A stretch of 64,000 bases of DNA from Pseudomonadota bacterium (GTDB lineage Bacteria > Myxococcota > JACRCW01 > JAFGSX01). Positions within the stretch are counted from its first letter, which is position 1. Every line of letters begins with the position of its first letter. The position numbers and the translations under genes were made by a program. Of this stretch, positions 39,803-49,924 are shown in pieces. The DNA is taken from contig JBDRCO010000023.1 in assembly GCA_043821645.1 (NCBI GenBank), forward strand, positions 64,001 to 128,000, read 5' to 3'. Under the pieces are notes generated by a model that worked only from the letters and a program-made list of their open reading frames with translations, was not told the DNA's origin and ran no database searches.

Positions 39803-40777
39803 CTAGCGACTTGGCCGCGTGGCCGGTGACGCCGTTCGAGCAGGCGCCGCGGGCCCGTTTTCGACGCTGCTCGCCACCTCACCCAGCCCCCGGAAGAAGC
39901 CCTGCATCTCGGCCAGGCGCGTTGGCACGACCGACACCCGGGCGGCTTCCATGATTCGGCCGAACTCGTCGATGTACTGCTCGACCAGCTGCGTGCGCAC
40001 GGCCAGCCGCCCACCAGGTGCGTGAATGGCCTCGGAGACGATGCGAATGCCCTCGGAGGTGGCCTCGGCGAGCAGTCGGATCTCCTCGGCGCGACCGCTG
40101 GCCACGTTGATGCGGCGCTGCTTTTCGCCCTCGGACAGGTTGACCGCCTCTTGTCGCTCGCCCTCGCTGATCGCGATCTTGCTCTCCTTCTGCCCGGTGG
40201 AGAGCGTGATCTCGGCGCGCTTATTGCGCTCGGCCTCCATCTGCTTCTCCATGGTGTCGATGACCCGCTTGGACGGGTTGATGTTCATGATCTCGTAGCG
40301 GATCATCTTGATGCCCCAGGGCTCCGAGGCCTTGTCGATCTCGCGCACGATGGACTCGTTGACCTTGTCGCGCTCGCTGAAGGTGTCCTCGAGGTCCAGC
40401 TTGCCTATCTCCGACCGCATGGTGGTCTGGGCCAGGTTGATGGTGGCGGCCCTGTAGTCACCGATGCCGTAGCTCGCCTTGTGGGCGTTCATCACCTTGA
40501 GGTAGACGATGCCGTCGACATCGACCTGGATGTTGTCGCGGGTGATGCAGGACTGCGCCGGGATATCGATGACCTGCTCGCGCATCTCGTTGCGGTAGGC
40601 CGCGCGATCGATAAACGGCACCATGAAATGAAAGCCTGGGCTCAGGGTTCCGGCGTACTTGCCCAGGCGCTCCTTCACCACGTTCTCGCGCATGGGTACG
40701 ATGACGAAGGTCTTCCAGATGAAGAGCATCAGCACCAGGCAGCTGATGGTCAGCACAAAGAACAGGGTTTCGCCCAT
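39803..40777 (-). CDS. SPFH/band 7 (stomatin-like) protein
   Basis: ERLGKY..PGFHFMVPFID, LAQTTMRSEIG, MEKQMEAER; GGAGG RBS. Confidence 0.92.
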   Translation of the reverse strand: MGETLFFVLTISCLVLMLFIWKTFVIVPMRENVVKERLGKYAGTLSPGFHFMVPFIDRAAYRNEMREQVIDIPAQSCITRDNIQVDVDGIVYLKVMNAHKASYGIGDYRAATINLAQTTMRSEIGKLDLEDTFSERDKVNESIVREIDKASEPWGIKMIRYEIMNINPSKRVIDTMEKQMEAERNKRAEITLSTGQKESKIAISEGERQEAVNLSEGEKQRRINVASGRAEEIRLLAEATSEGIRIVSEAIHAPGGRLAVRTQLVEQYIDEFGRIMEAARVSVVPTRLAEMQGFFRGLGEVASSVENGPAAPARTASPATRPSR

Positions 40778-40778
40778 C

Positions 40779-41315
40779 TCAGTTCCCTCCTTTTTTGTCG
40801 GCACCTTCGAGCGCGTTCACGGGCTCGACGACCCAGCCCAGACCATCCTTTTCCTGGTACAGCAGGCGCGCATGTTCTCCCTCGTCGACCCGCCCCTCGA
40901 GACAGCGTGCCGGCCAGGATGTCCCCTGGTAGCGAATGCGACCAACCAGCTGGTCGTCGTCGCAGGGCTCCAGCACCTCGACCAGAGTGCCGTAGGCACT
41001 CAGCGCCTCGTCCGTGTTCTCGCGGGTGAATTCCGCGGGCAGGAACTTCCTGGCCACACGACGCAGTGCAGCAACCAGCGCCAGGGAGCACACCACCCAC
41101 ACCCCCAGCGCCGCCGGCACGCTGGCCACCACCCCCAGCCACACCACCGCGGCCACGATCAGGGCCGCTCCCCCCAGAAACACCGCGACCAGACCCGGGA
41201 TCAGCATCTCGCTGGCCACCAGACCTATCCCGGCAACCAACCAGATCAAGGCATGAATATCGCTTCCGCTCACGACCCTCTCCCCGTCGAGCTCTGCGCT
41301 CTCGTCGTCGACCAT
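40779..41315 (-). CDS. NfeD-family membrane protein
   Basis: WLVAGIGLVASEMLIPG; C-terminal OB-like GRIRYQGTSWPA; adjacent to SPFH genes. Confidence 0.85.
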   Translation of the reverse strand: MVDDESAELDGERVVSGSDIHALIWLVAGIGLVASEMLIPGLVAVFLGGAALIVAAVVWLGVVASVPAALGVWVVCSLALVAALRRVARKFLPAEFTRENTDEALSAYGTLVEVLEPCDDDQLVGRIRYQGTSWPARCLEGRVDEGEHARLLYQEKDGLGWVVEPVNALEGADKKGGN

Positions 41316-41363
41316 AGCGCCGGGTCTTCCTCACGTGCAACAGCCCCTCCGTGAGGCAGCAGA

Positions 41364-42311
41364 ATGTTTGGGCCTCGGATGCGTCCAAGGGACGAAGCTG
41401 GATTGCCCGTGGATGGAGTCTGGGTGATGATGCACCTCATGCGCGTTCATCGATCGCTCCCGGGCAGCCTGGTCCGTGCCACTCGTGATGAGGTCGAGCC
41501 GATCGCACGGCTCCGGGGCCTGCTGATTCCGGCAGTTCTGATCGCGCTGTGCACCGGCGCCAGCCAGCCTGCCTCGCAGGACGCCGCGACAGACTCGTCG
41601 ACGGCGGCGGGAAGCTGGACGGAGCTGCCCCGAATCGGCGAGGAGTTCACCTACGCGGTGGACTACAGCGGCGTTGTGGGGGCCTACATCAAGGTCAAGG
41701 TGGGCGAGGGCCCCAAGAACCAGCCGGGCAGCCGCGTGCTCACGGCCTACCTCGCCACCACGCCCCTGGTGCAGCAGATCTGGCGCATTCGCGACAAGCT
41801 GATGTCGCTGTACGTGCCCGATCAGGGACGTACCGTGGCGACTCGCCTGTGGGAGGACGAGAACGGCAAGCGCATGTTCCGCGAGGAGAAATATCACGAC
41901 GGTGGGGTGCAGGTGGTCGAGAAGCGGCCCGATCAGGAGCGCGCCTTCGACGTCCAATCACAGCCTCCGCTGCTCGACGGCTTCTCGGCGCTGTTCGAGC
42001 TACGCCGGCGTCCGCTGCAGCCGGACACGGTGGAGCCAGCGCGCATCTACCTCAATCGCAAGATCTACGACTGCGCCGCCGCGGTCCGCCGCGACACCAT
42101 CACCTACCAGGGTCAGGACGTGCCGGTGCTGCGTGTGGATCCTGTGCTGACCTACCAGGGCAAGGCCGTCAACGACGTGAGCTTCAGCTTCTGGCTCAGT
42201 GACGACGACAAGCGCGTGCCCCTCAAGATCGAAGCCGACGTGCGCTACGGCAAGCTTGCCGGGACACTGCTCCCCCCGAAGGAGAGCGCTGCGGTGGCCA
42301 CGGACGGGTGA
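41364..42311 (+). CDS. DUF3108-like secreted protein (start uncertain)
   Basis: GEEFTYAV..FWLSDDDKRVPLKIEA pattern; hydrophobic signal-like segment well after the first Met. Confidence 0.7.
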   Translation: MFGPRMRPRDEAGLPVDGVWVMMHLMRVHRSLPGSLVRATRDEVEPIARLRGLLIPAVLIALCTGASQPASQDAATDSSTAAGSWTELPRIGEEFTYAVDYSGVVGAYIKVKVGEGPKNQPGSRVLTAYLATTPLVQQIWRIRDKLMSLYVPDQGRTVATRLWEDENGKRMFREEKYHDGGVQVVEKRPDQERAFDVQSQPPLLDGFSALFELRRRPLQPDTVEPARIYLNRKIYDCAAAVRRDTITYQGQDVPVLRVDPVLTYQGKAVNDVSFSFWLSDDDKRVPLKIEADVRYGKLAGTLLPPKESAAVATDG

Positions 42312-42341
42312 GCGCGTGTTCGCTGCAGGCGGTGTGGCAGC

Positions 42342-42845
42342 TCAGGCGCGCGCGTCCCGGCGCTCGAGCGTGACGAAGCTCAGGGCATGGGCATTGCGGT
42401 CGTCCGGCTCGCGCTCGCGGCGTTCGATCTCGGTCCACGCCGCGCTGTCAAAGTCCGGAAATCTGACATCTCCACCGACGTGCGCATGGACAATGGTCAG
42501 CAGTATGCGTTCGGCTCGGGGGAGGAACTGCCGGTACAGCTCTGCACCTCCCGCCACCATGACCTCTTCGGCGCCAGTGGCCCGCGCGACGGCCAGGGCC
42601 TGGTCCACATCATGGACGACGGTGCAGCCCTCGGCCATCCAGTCCGCTTGCCGGGTGAGCACGATGGTGGTGCGGTCGGGCAAGGGCTTGCCGATGGAGG
42701 CGTAGGTGCGCCGGCCCAGGATCACGGGCTTGCCCAGCGTGCTGCGCTTGAAATGCTTGAGGTCGGCAGGGAGACGCCAGGGAAGCTGACCCGCACGGCC
42801 AATCGCGTTGTCCTCGTCCAGCGCTGCAATCAGGGTAATACGCAT
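42342..42845 (-). CDS. folA: Dihydrofolate reductase
   Basis: AIG..GQLPW.LPADLKHFK..GKPVILGRRTYASIG.PLP.R. Confidence 0.96.
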   Translation of the reverse strand: MRITLIAALDEDNAIGRAGQLPWRLPADLKHFKRSTLGKPVILGRRTYASIGKPLPDRTTIVLTRQADWMAEGCTVVHDVDQALAVARATGAEEVMVAGGAELYRQFLPRAERILLTIVHAHVGGDVRFPDFDSAAWTEIERREREPDDRNAHALSFVTLERRDARA

Positions 42846-43042
42846 GATCTGTCGCTCGCCGCGCGATGCGCCGTTTCAGCGCCCAGGATAGCGTGAGATG
42901 CCGTCCGGAGGTCTGCCTTCTGCCTCACCTTGCATGCCTGCTGCGCCCCCCATACATTGTTGCGGCGCGCCAGGACACAGGATCTGTCATCGAGGAGATC
43001 GCGGTGGCACAGCACAGACCAGGATCTCCTCCAGGGAACCCC

Positions 43043-43450
43043 ATGGGTGATCTTCAGACTGGCTCCTTCTCGGCCGACGATGAGTTCGGGATGCCGACAA
43101 CCTTGGTAAACGAAAAAGACCCCCTGGACACCCCGGCAGAGCAGATTCCTCCTGGTGTCCAGGCCTCGCTCGAGGGCATCAAAGGTTCGTTGACTGATCA
43201 GAGCCTCGCCCTCAGGCAGCCCGTGACCACCCTGGGCCGGACCGAATCCAACCAGCTTGTGATCCCGGGAGCCGCGGTGTCGTCCCAGCACTGCGTCCTG
43301 TACTTCACGCGGCGCCTGACCTGGCGCCTCGAGGACTGCCACAGCACCAACGGTACCTTTATCAACGGCTCGCGCATCGAGGATGCCCTGCTGCGCAGCG
43401 GCGACGAGGTGCAGATCGGCGACCACACCTTCCTCTTCGTCGGCGCCTGA
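43043..43450 (+). CDS. FHA-domain protein
   Basis: LGRTESN..VSSQHC..STNGTFING..LRSGDEVQIG. Confidence 0.85.
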   Translation: MGDLQTGSFSADDEFGMPTTLVNEKDPLDTPAEQIPPGVQASLEGIKGSLTDQSLALRQPVTTLGRTESNQLVIPGAAVSSQHCVLYFTRRLTWRLEDCHSTNGTFINGSRIEDALLRSGDEVQIGDHTFLFVGA

Positions 43451-43487
43451 GCTCGGACACCAGGAACCCACCGTTTCTGAGCAAAGG

Positions 43488-44282
43488 TCAGACCGCGATG
43501 GGTGCGCGGATGGCAGGATGTGACTGGTAGCCGCTCAGCTCGAAGTCCTCGTACACGAAATCATCGATGGCCCGCCGCGCCGGGTTCAGGTGCATGCGCG
43601 GCAGCGCGTGGGGTACGCGGGAGAGCTGCAGGTCCGCTTGCTCCAGGTGGTTGAGATACAGGTGGGCATCGCCGATGCTGTGCACGAATTCGCCAGGCCT
43701 CAGGTCACAGACTTGCGCCACCATCATCGTGAGCAGGGCGTAGGACGCGATGTTGAAGGGCACACCAAGAAAGAAGTCCGCAGAGCGCTGGTAGAGCTGG
43801 CAGGACAGCGCGCCGTCGGCCACGTAGAACTGAAACAGGATGTGGCAGGGCGGCAAGCGCATGCGGTCGAGTTCGCCCACGTTCCACGCACTGACGATGT
43901 GGCGACGGGATTCTGGGTTGTTGCGAATCTGCTCAATGACCTGGGTGAGCTGGTCGACACCCTCGCCGCTCGCCGTTCCCCAGCGACGCCACTGGGCCCC
44001 GTAGATGGGCCCGAGGTCGCCGTTGTCGTCGGCCCACTCGTCCCAGATCGTGACCTTGTGCGCATGCAGAGAGCGCACACTGGTGTCGCCCCGCACGAAC
44101 CACAGGAGTTCGTGGATCACGGACTTCAGGTGAAGTTTCTTGGTGGTGACGACGGGAAATCCCAGTTGCAGGTCGAAGCGCAGCTGGACCCCGAACAGGC
44201 TGAGGGTGCCTGTGCCCGTGCGATCACCACGCCGGTTGCCCCGCTCGCGAATTTGCTGCATCACGTCGAGATACTGCTGCAT
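43488..44282 (-). CDS. thyA: Thymidylate synthase (264 aa)
   Basis: [30 protein letters not shown]. Confidence 0.98.
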   Translation of the reverse strand: MQQYLDVMQQIRERGNRRGDRTGTGTLSLFGVQLRFDLQLGFPVVTTKKLHLKSVIHELLWFVRGDTSVRSLHAHKVTIWDEWADDNGDLGPIYGAQWRRWGTASGEGVDQLTQVIEQIRNNPESRRHIVSAWNVGELDRMRLPPCHILFQFYVADGALSCQLYQRSADFFLGVPFNIASYALLTMMVAQVCDLRPGEFVHSIGDAHLYLNHLEQADLQLSRVPHALPRMHLNPARRAIDDFVYEDFELSGYQSHPAIRAPIAV

Positions 44283-44376
44283 CCGCTTGGGTCCTTTCGC
44301 CCTTGAGCTGGTCTGCCACGAGGCGGGATGCTCGGAGCGGATCCCGACCCGCACCCGCGGCCACCTCGAGGTGGAG

Positions 44377-44829
44377 TCAGTTCGGGAGCTTGTGGAGCAT
44401 GCGCCAGACAAAGCGATGGATGCGGTGCGGGACCCCGGCGGGCTCCGCGAACATCAGGATGCACTCACCGTGCACCACATCGATCCCACGCTCATGGCAC
44501 AGCGCCACCGCGCGATCGGACTCGGCCCCCTGCTGCATCCACACCCGGCGGATGCCGACCTGGGCCACCTCCTCGACCACCTTCTCGGTCTGGGCCGGCG
44601 GCACGACCAGCACCACACCATCGACGCGCTCGGCCAGCTCACCGAGGCTGTGGGCGCAGGCATGACCGTCGATGTTCTCCGCCGTGGGGTGCACGGGGGT
44701 CACCTGGTAGCCCTTGCCTGACAGTTCCTTCAGGATCACGTTGCCAAACTTCTTGCCGCCAGACGACGCTCCCACGAGGGCCAGGCGCTTGCTCCCGAGG
44801 AAGGTCTCGACGGTTGCCTTGCGAGTCAT
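44377..44829 (-). CDS. CoA-binding protein (YccU-like)
   Basis: [29 protein letters not shown] overlap with the upstream EutN-like gene. Confidence 0.88.
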   Translation of the reverse strand: MTRKATVETFLGSKRLALVGASSGGKKFGNVILKELSGKGYQVTPVHPTAENIDGHACAHSLGELAERVDGVVLVVPPAQTEKVVEEVAQVGIRRVWMQQGAESDRAVALCHERGIDVVHGECILMFAEPAGVPHRIHRFVWRMLHKLPN

Positions 44830-45173
44830 GTTGCCTCCGGATGATCGACCAGGGCTTCCGGATCGACCTGCATGCCATCCACCACCGCGACCACGGCAGC
44901 GTCCACCGCGAACCGAGTGATCTCCTCGGGACCCATCACCTGTTGCAGCGCCACCCTGGCCGCGTGCCCGAAAGCCACGACCACCTGATCCCCCTCGCCA
45001 GCATCGAGCACATCGGCGCAGATCACGAGCTCGTCGCACGCGGCCTGTGGTCTCGACCCCTCGGGTCCCAGATCGGAGACATGCAAGGGTTGCACGGCCA
45101 GCAGCTTGAGACCCTGGATCTGCGGCCACTTGACCGTCGACCACACAGCACCGACAACGCGTCCAACAAACAT
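44826..45173 (-). CDS. EutN/CcmL microcompartment vertex protein (BMC-P) #4
   Basis: MFVGRVVGAVWSTVK..ADVLDAGEGDQVVV..AAR..VDAAVVAVVD. Confidence 0.9.
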   Translation of the reverse strand: MFVGRVVGAVWSTVKWPQIQGLKLLAVQPLHVSDLGPEGSRPQAACDELVICADVLDAGEGDQVVVAFGHAARVALQQVMGPEEITRFAVDAAVVAVVDGMQVDPEALVDHPEAT

Positions 45174-45454
45174 CACGGACTCCCTGGGGCAGCCTGATCT
45201 GTGCTGCCGTCGACGATCTGCGCCACTGCCGCGTCGCACAACAGGTGCCGGTTGTGTGGACCGGGCTGCAACACATTGCGCGCACCGCTCCCCAGGGCCA
45301 CCAGCACGTGGTCACCGATGCGCGCATCGAGCGTATCCATCGCCACCAGCAGTCTGTCCCCGGGCTCCGCCGCCACCAGCAACAGGGTGCGGCCTTTCAG
45401 GCCAGGTACCTGACGGGTGCCCCAGACCTGTCCCACCACCCGACCGCGGATCAT
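45173..45454 (-). CDS. EutN/CcmL microcompartment vertex protein (BMC-P) #3
   Basis: MIRGRVVGQVWGTRQ..VAMDTLDARIGDHVLV..GSGAR..DAAVAQIVD. Confidence 0.9.
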   Translation of the reverse strand: MIRGRVVGQVWGTRQVPGLKGRTLLLVAAEPGDRLLVAMDTLDARIGDHVLVALGSGARNVLQPGPHNRHLLCDAAVAQIVDGSTDQAAPGSP

Positions 45455-45798
45455 GTCCACTCCACGGCTCGAGGTCCGTCACTTCGGGCGAACCGAAGGG
45501 GCCGCTGCGCGCCGGGCGCGAAGGCGTCGCGACGGAACTGGCAGCGATCGACCACCGCCATGATGGCCGCGTCGACGGGAAAGTTGGCATGACCCAGGGC
45601 CTCGCGTGCGGGAGCGCCCAGGCACACCACCACGTCGTCACCCACGCCGGCCTGCACCGTGTCCACGACCACCAGGTGATCGACGTCCGGGGCCAGCTCG
45701 AAAGCGGCGTGAGGCCGCACCAGCATCAGCTTGTGCTGCCCTAGCCGCGGGTGCTTCCGCGTGGCCCACAGGGTGCCGATGACACGCGCCAAGATCAT
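45451..45798 (-). CDS. EutN/CcmL microcompartment vertex protein (BMC-P) #2
   Basis: MILARVIGTLWATRKHPRL..VDTVQAGVGDDVVV..PVDAAIMAVVD. Confidence 0.92.
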   Translation of the reverse strand: MILARVIGTLWATRKHPRLGQHKLMLVRPHAAFELAPDVDHLVVVDTVQAGVGDDVVVCLGAPAREALGHANFPVDAAIMAVVDRCQFRRDAFAPGAQRPLRFARSDGPRAVEWT

Positions 45799-46094
45799 CG
45801 TGCGCCACCTCGGCCACACAGATCGACAGCATCGACGATAGCCAGCACCACAGCCTTGGTCGGGAGGTCGTCGCCCACGGTCAGATCGCGGGCACGGCTG
45901 GAATGCGCGACCAGTACCAGCTCGCCCGGCCCCGCCCCCAGGCGGTCCAGCGCCACCACGGCGTCGCCCCGCTCCACCAGGCCACACCCGGCCAGGTCTC
46001 GACGGACCGGGCGCACGGTCAACAGGCGTTGCCCTTCCAGCTTCGGCGCCTGGCGCGCACCCCACACGTTTCCGACGACACGTCCGAGCAACAT
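45795..46094 (-). CDS. EutN/CcmL microcompartment vertex protein (BMC-P) #1
   Basis: MLLGRVVGNVWGARQ..VALDRLGAGPGELVLV..SSRAR..VLAIVD. Confidence 0.9.
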   Translation of the reverse strand: MLLGRVVGNVWGARQAPKLEGQRLLTVRPVRRDLAGCGLVERGDAVVALDRLGAGPGELVLVAHSSRARDLTVGDDLPTKAVVLAIVDAVDLCGRGGAR

Positions 46095-46216
46095 GGTGGC
46101 CTCAACGGAGGGCAGCATACACCGTCGGGCGCCCGGGATGAACTGGCCAGAGACAGTACAGCTGCCGGGATGTCCTGCGCCGGATGGTTGCCCGGACTGC
46201 ACTTCTAGCGGGATGT

Positions 46217-47254
46217 TCAGGCTGCCTTGTCCTGGTGTTCCTCGCCCATGAAGCGGTCGACACCGAGGTTGGCCATCAGCGCGCGCTCGATCTCCTCGCG
46301 GAGGGCGGGATCTGCCTTGAGAGCATCGCGCGCCTTGTCGCGCCCCTGCCCCAGCCGGCGCTCACCGCAGGCGAACCAGGCGCCACTCTTCTGGATCAGC
46401 CCGCAGCGCTCACCGAGATCGATCAGCTCGCCCTCGTGGCTGACGCCCTCGCCGAACAGGATGTCGAACTCGGCCTCGCGGAAGGGAGGCGCCATCTTGT
46501 TCTTGACGACCTTGACCCGGGTCCGGTTTCCGGTCACCCCACTCTCGTCCTTGATCGCCTGACCACGGCGGATGTCGAGCCGGACCGAAGCGTAGAACTT
46601 GAGCGCCATGCCACCGCTGGTGGTCTCGGGGTTGCCGTAGACCACACCGATCTTCATCCGGGTCTGGTTGATGAATACCACCAGGGCCCGCTGCTTGTGG
46701 ACGGTCGCGGTGAGCTTGCGCAGGGCCTGGCTCATCAGCCGCGCTTGCAGGCCGACATGTGCATCGCCCATCTCGCCCTCGATCTCGGCGCGCGGCGTCA
46801 GGGCTGCGACGCTGTCGACCACGATGATGTCGACGGCACCAGAGCGCACCAGCGTCTCGACGATCTCCAGCGCCTGCTCGCCGGTGTCGGGCTGCGATAC
46901 CAGCAAGCTGGCAAGGTCCACCCCGAGATGCTGGGCATAGCTGGCATCAAAGGCGTGCTCCGCGTCGACGAAGGCCGCCACCCCTCCCAGCTTCTGGGCC
47001 TGGGCGATGGCATGCAGGGTCAGGGTGGTCTTGCCGCTGGACTCGGCGCCGTAGATCTCGATGATGCGCCCGCGAGGCAGGCCGCCGATACCGAGGGCCG
47101 TATCCAGGGTCAGGGAGCCCGAGGGGATGACGGGCACACGGTGCTCGACCGTGGTGTCATCGCCAAGGCACATGATCGAACCCTTCCCGAATTGCTTCTC
47201 GATGGCGGCAACAGCCGCCGTGATGGCCTTCAGCTTGTCCTTGACGGTGCTCAT
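46217..47254 (-). CDS. recA: Recombinase RecA
   Basis: [53 protein letters not shown]. Confidence 0.98.
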   Translation of the reverse strand: MSTVKDKLKAITAAVAAIEKQFGKGSIMCLGDDTTVEHRVPVIPSGSLTLDTALGIGGLPRGRIIEIYGAESSGKTTLTLHAIAQAQKLGGVAAFVDAEHAFDASYAQHLGVDLASLLVSQPDTGEQALEIVETLVRSGAVDIIVVDSVAALTPRAEIEGEMGDAHVGLQARLMSQALRKLTATVHKQRALVVFINQTRMKIGVVYGNPETTSGGMALKFYASVRLDIRRGQAIKDESGVTGNRTRVKVVKNKMAPPFREAEFDILFGEGVSHEGELIDLGERCGLIQKSGAWFACGERRLGQGRDKARDALKADPALREEIERALMANLGVDRFMGEEHQDKAA

Positions 47255-47425
47255 GGTTCCTCCGCGCGCTGTCAAGCGCCTGTGTGTTGTTGTCGCGGTG
47301 GGCGACAAAAACGGAGGGAGCAAGGACCTTGCCAGCGCGAACCCGGCCTCTGGCGCTTGCTTTTCGGAGCGCAGCCTCATCTTTGTTGAATCGTGATGAC
47401 GCACAATGCGACAGTGCGCTGCAGG

Positions 47426-47857
47426 ATGCATCAGCCTGAGCTTCAGAGACTGGCCAACCGCGCCGAACTCGCCCTGCAGGATCGCCACGCGGATGGCCTC
47501 AAGCCGGGAGAGCGTTTCGCCGTGCGCTTGCTGCACCACGGCGACGCTCGGCGCGTGCAAGTGCAGATCATCGATCCGACGCAGGACCGGGTCCTCGAGC
47601 TGGTGGCTGATGTTCCGGAGCTGGTGGATGAGGAAGCCATCCCCCTGGCCCTCGATTTCCTGGATCGCGTGCTCGATGAGGTCCTGCAAAATGACCGCGA
47701 GGCCTATCCCCCTTTAGACCCCACGCCCTACACGTTCGAGGACCAGGTCGTGTACCTGTCCGGGGGGGTGCGACGACCGGGGCTGGAGAAGCAGGCCGAC
47801 GAGCTGCTGCGGCAAGCCGGCTTCGATCCCGACGACGTGCCCGACGATCCGAACTGA
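47426..47857 (+). CDS. Hypothetical protein
   Basis: Good GC3 codon bias, acidic C-terminus, divergent from recA; start uncertain. Confidence 0.65.
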   Translation: MHQPELQRLANRAELALQDRHADGLKPGERFAVRLLHHGDARRVQVQIIDPTQDRVLELVADVPELVDEEAIPLALDFLDRVLDEVLQNDREAYPPLDPTPYTFEDQVVYLSGGVRRPGLEKQADELLRQAGFDPDDVPDDPN

Positions 47858-47891
47858 TGCCCATTAGGCTCGTGGTCCGACGCGATGCCCC

Positions 47892-49028
47892 TCAGGGCGA
47901 GAACAGACCCAGGTAGATGCCGAGCAAGGACTCGCGTGCACTGCCACTCTGCGGCACGCGGGGTGCCGAGAACACGGGTCGCGCTCCGGCGTAGGCGCGC
48001 AGCTCTTCCAGCGCCCGGCCATGCAGGCTGACGGTCTCGTGAAAGGACTGGCGGTGGCTCTCCAGCCGCTCCACGAAGGCGCGCACTCTGTCCTCGCTTT
48101 CGCCGATGAGGGCGGCGGCGCGGGTCGTGCTGGCGTCGAGGTCGAGCCACTCCGGGGCATAGGCCTGGTCGACGCGGTTGACGATGAAGGCCCGGGGTGC
48201 ACAGCCCGCTTCGCTCAGGCGCCTGTCGATCTCCCGCGCCTCGTCGATGCGCGAAGGGTCTGGCGAGGTGACGACGATGAACACGCTCCGGGGATCGCGC
48301 AGCAGGGCGCCGATGCGCTCCCCTCGGGCCCGGAAGGCGCCGAACAGGTCGCCAAAGGCCGAGAAGAAGCCCGTCATGTCCTCGACGAACTGCTCGCCGG
48401 CCAGGCGCGCCATCAAACCCAGCACCCTGCTACCTGCCCGGTCGAACAGCCGGGCAGTCCAGCCGCTGTTCGGGGTGGTGGGCATGAACCAGCGCAGCAC
48501 CTTCTCGTGAAAGAAGCGCGCCGCTCGGTCCGGGGCCTCAAGAAAGTCCAGAGCGTTGGTCGTGGGCGGCGTGTCGAGGACGATGCTGTCGAATGCTCCC
48601 GAGTTCGAGAGGTCGTGCAGCCGCTCGATGGCCATGTACTCGAGGGTGCCAGACAGGCTTCGCGACAGATGGACGTAGAAACGATTCTCGAGCAGCCCCC
48701 GCCGACGGTCCGCATCGGGAACCAGCATGGAGATCAGATGGTCGAAGGTCACCGCGGGGTCCAGCATCAACGCCGACAGGCTGCCCTGCTGGTGCATCTT
48801 GTCGAAGGCGGTGACCGGGGTCGGGTCGTTGGTCAGGCCGGCCACACCCAGGGCGTCGGCCAGACGCCGTGCGGGGTCGATGGTCAGCACCAGCGAACGC
48901 CGTCCTGCCACGGCAGTGCGCAGGGCCAGCACGGCCGACACCGTGGTTTTGCCCACACCGCCGGGTCCCAGGCAGATCACGAGCGGTGCATCGTCCACCA
49001 GATCCTGAAGTGTCGTTTTCGCGCTCAC
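47892..49028 (-). CDS. ArsA/Get3-family ATPase
   Basis: GPGGVGKTT, LTIDPARRLADALG, IVLDTPPT. Confidence 0.9.
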   Translation of the reverse strand: MSAKTTLQDLVDDAPLVICLGPGGVGKTTVSAVLALRTAVAGRRSLVLTIDPARRLADALGVAGLTNDPTPVTAFDKMHQQGSLSALMLDPAVTFDHLISMLVPDADRRRGLLENRFYVHLSRSLSGTLEYMAIERLHDLSNSGAFDSIVLDTPPTTNALDFLEAPDRAARFFHEKVLRWFMPTTPNSGWTARLFDRAGSRVLGLMARLAGEQFVEDMTGFFSAFGDLFGAFRARGERIGALLRDPRSVFIVVTSPDPSRIDEAREIDRRLSEAGCAPRAFIVNRVDQAYAPEWLDLDASTTRAAALIGESEDRVRAFVERLESHRQSFHETVSLHGRALEELRAYAGARPVFSAPRVPQSGSARESLLGIYLGLFSP

Positions 49029-49924
49029 GTGGCCAGTGCCTGCACCAGGCCATCGACCTGCCGGCGAGCGTCGAGGTCCACGTGCTGAGGCAGCTCGATC
49101 ACGGTCCCGTCGACGGAGCGGCGCAGGCGATCGATCTGGGCGCGTGCTTCATCCGCACCGTCGAGCTCGCTGCGCGCAGCCCGGGCGATGCGACCAAGCT
49201 CGGCGTCGGCGCTCTGGCGGATCTGCTCGAGCCAGGCGCGCTCGGAGTCCTCCACCGGTGGCCGCGGCACCTGGTTGACGACGACATGGCTGCAGGCCAT
49301 GCCCAGCTCGGCGGCCCGCTGCACGAGTTCGATGGTCTCGTTGACGGGCAGCTCCTCGGGAAGCGCCACCACCACCAGCTCGCAGCGGCGGCGATCGAAG
49401 AACAGGGTCTCGAGGCGCTCGGCCATGCGCGCCACCGGCCCGACCCTCAGCATGCGCTGCACGGCATTCGGCGTCCCGAGCAGGGTCAAGGCGTGACCGG
49501 TGGCAGGCAGGTCGACGATGACGGGACAGCGCGGCGCATTTCTCTCGACCAGCTCGCGCACCTCGTCGAGCAACACCAGCTCGCTGACCGCAGGGGCCGT
49601 GCGCATGAACAGCCGGATGATCCGGTTCGAGAGCAGGACATTCAGCATCTGCGGCAGACGCAACAGCCGCCCGAGCACTGCGGGCAGCACCTGCTCGATG
49701 TCGATATTGACGAGCTGCAAGCCCGGACTGTCATCGACCATGCTCGTCAGGCGCGGATGTGCGGAGCTCTCCACGGCGACGGCTCCACCACGCACGCGCA
49801 CCGCCAGCTCGGCCAGGGCTGCGGTCACGGTGCTCTTGCCCACACCGCCCTTGCCCGTGACCAGGATCAGGTCGCGCTGTCGCACCAGCGCGGTCAGGGC
49901 GTTCTCGGCTCGACCTTGTTCCAC
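49025..49924 (-). CDS. ArsA/Get3-family ATPase
   Basis: VTGKGGVGKST, IVDLPATGH, VVALPEELPVNET; GTG start inferred. Confidence 0.88.
   Translation of the reverse strand: MEQGRAENALTALVRQRDLILVTGKGGVGKSTVTAALAELAVRVRGGAVAVESSAHPRLTSMVDDSPGLQLVNIDIEQVLPAVLGRLLRLPQMLNVLLSNRIIRLFMRTAPAVSELVLLDEVRELVERNAPRCPVIVDLPATGHALTLLGTPNAVQRMLRVGPVARMAERLETLFFDRRRCELVVVALPEELPVNETIELVQRAAELGMACSHVVVNQVPRPPVEDSERAWLEQIRQSADAELGRIARAARSELDGADEARAQIDRLRRSVDGTVIELPQHVDLDARRQVDGLVQALAT

Noticed and set aside
46205-46221. CTAGCGGGATGTTCAGG as a Myxococcus-type LexA box between recA and the BMC-P genes
   Set aside because: Only the outer CT..GTTCAG positions fit, the central positions mismatch, and it overlaps the recA stop rather than its promoter
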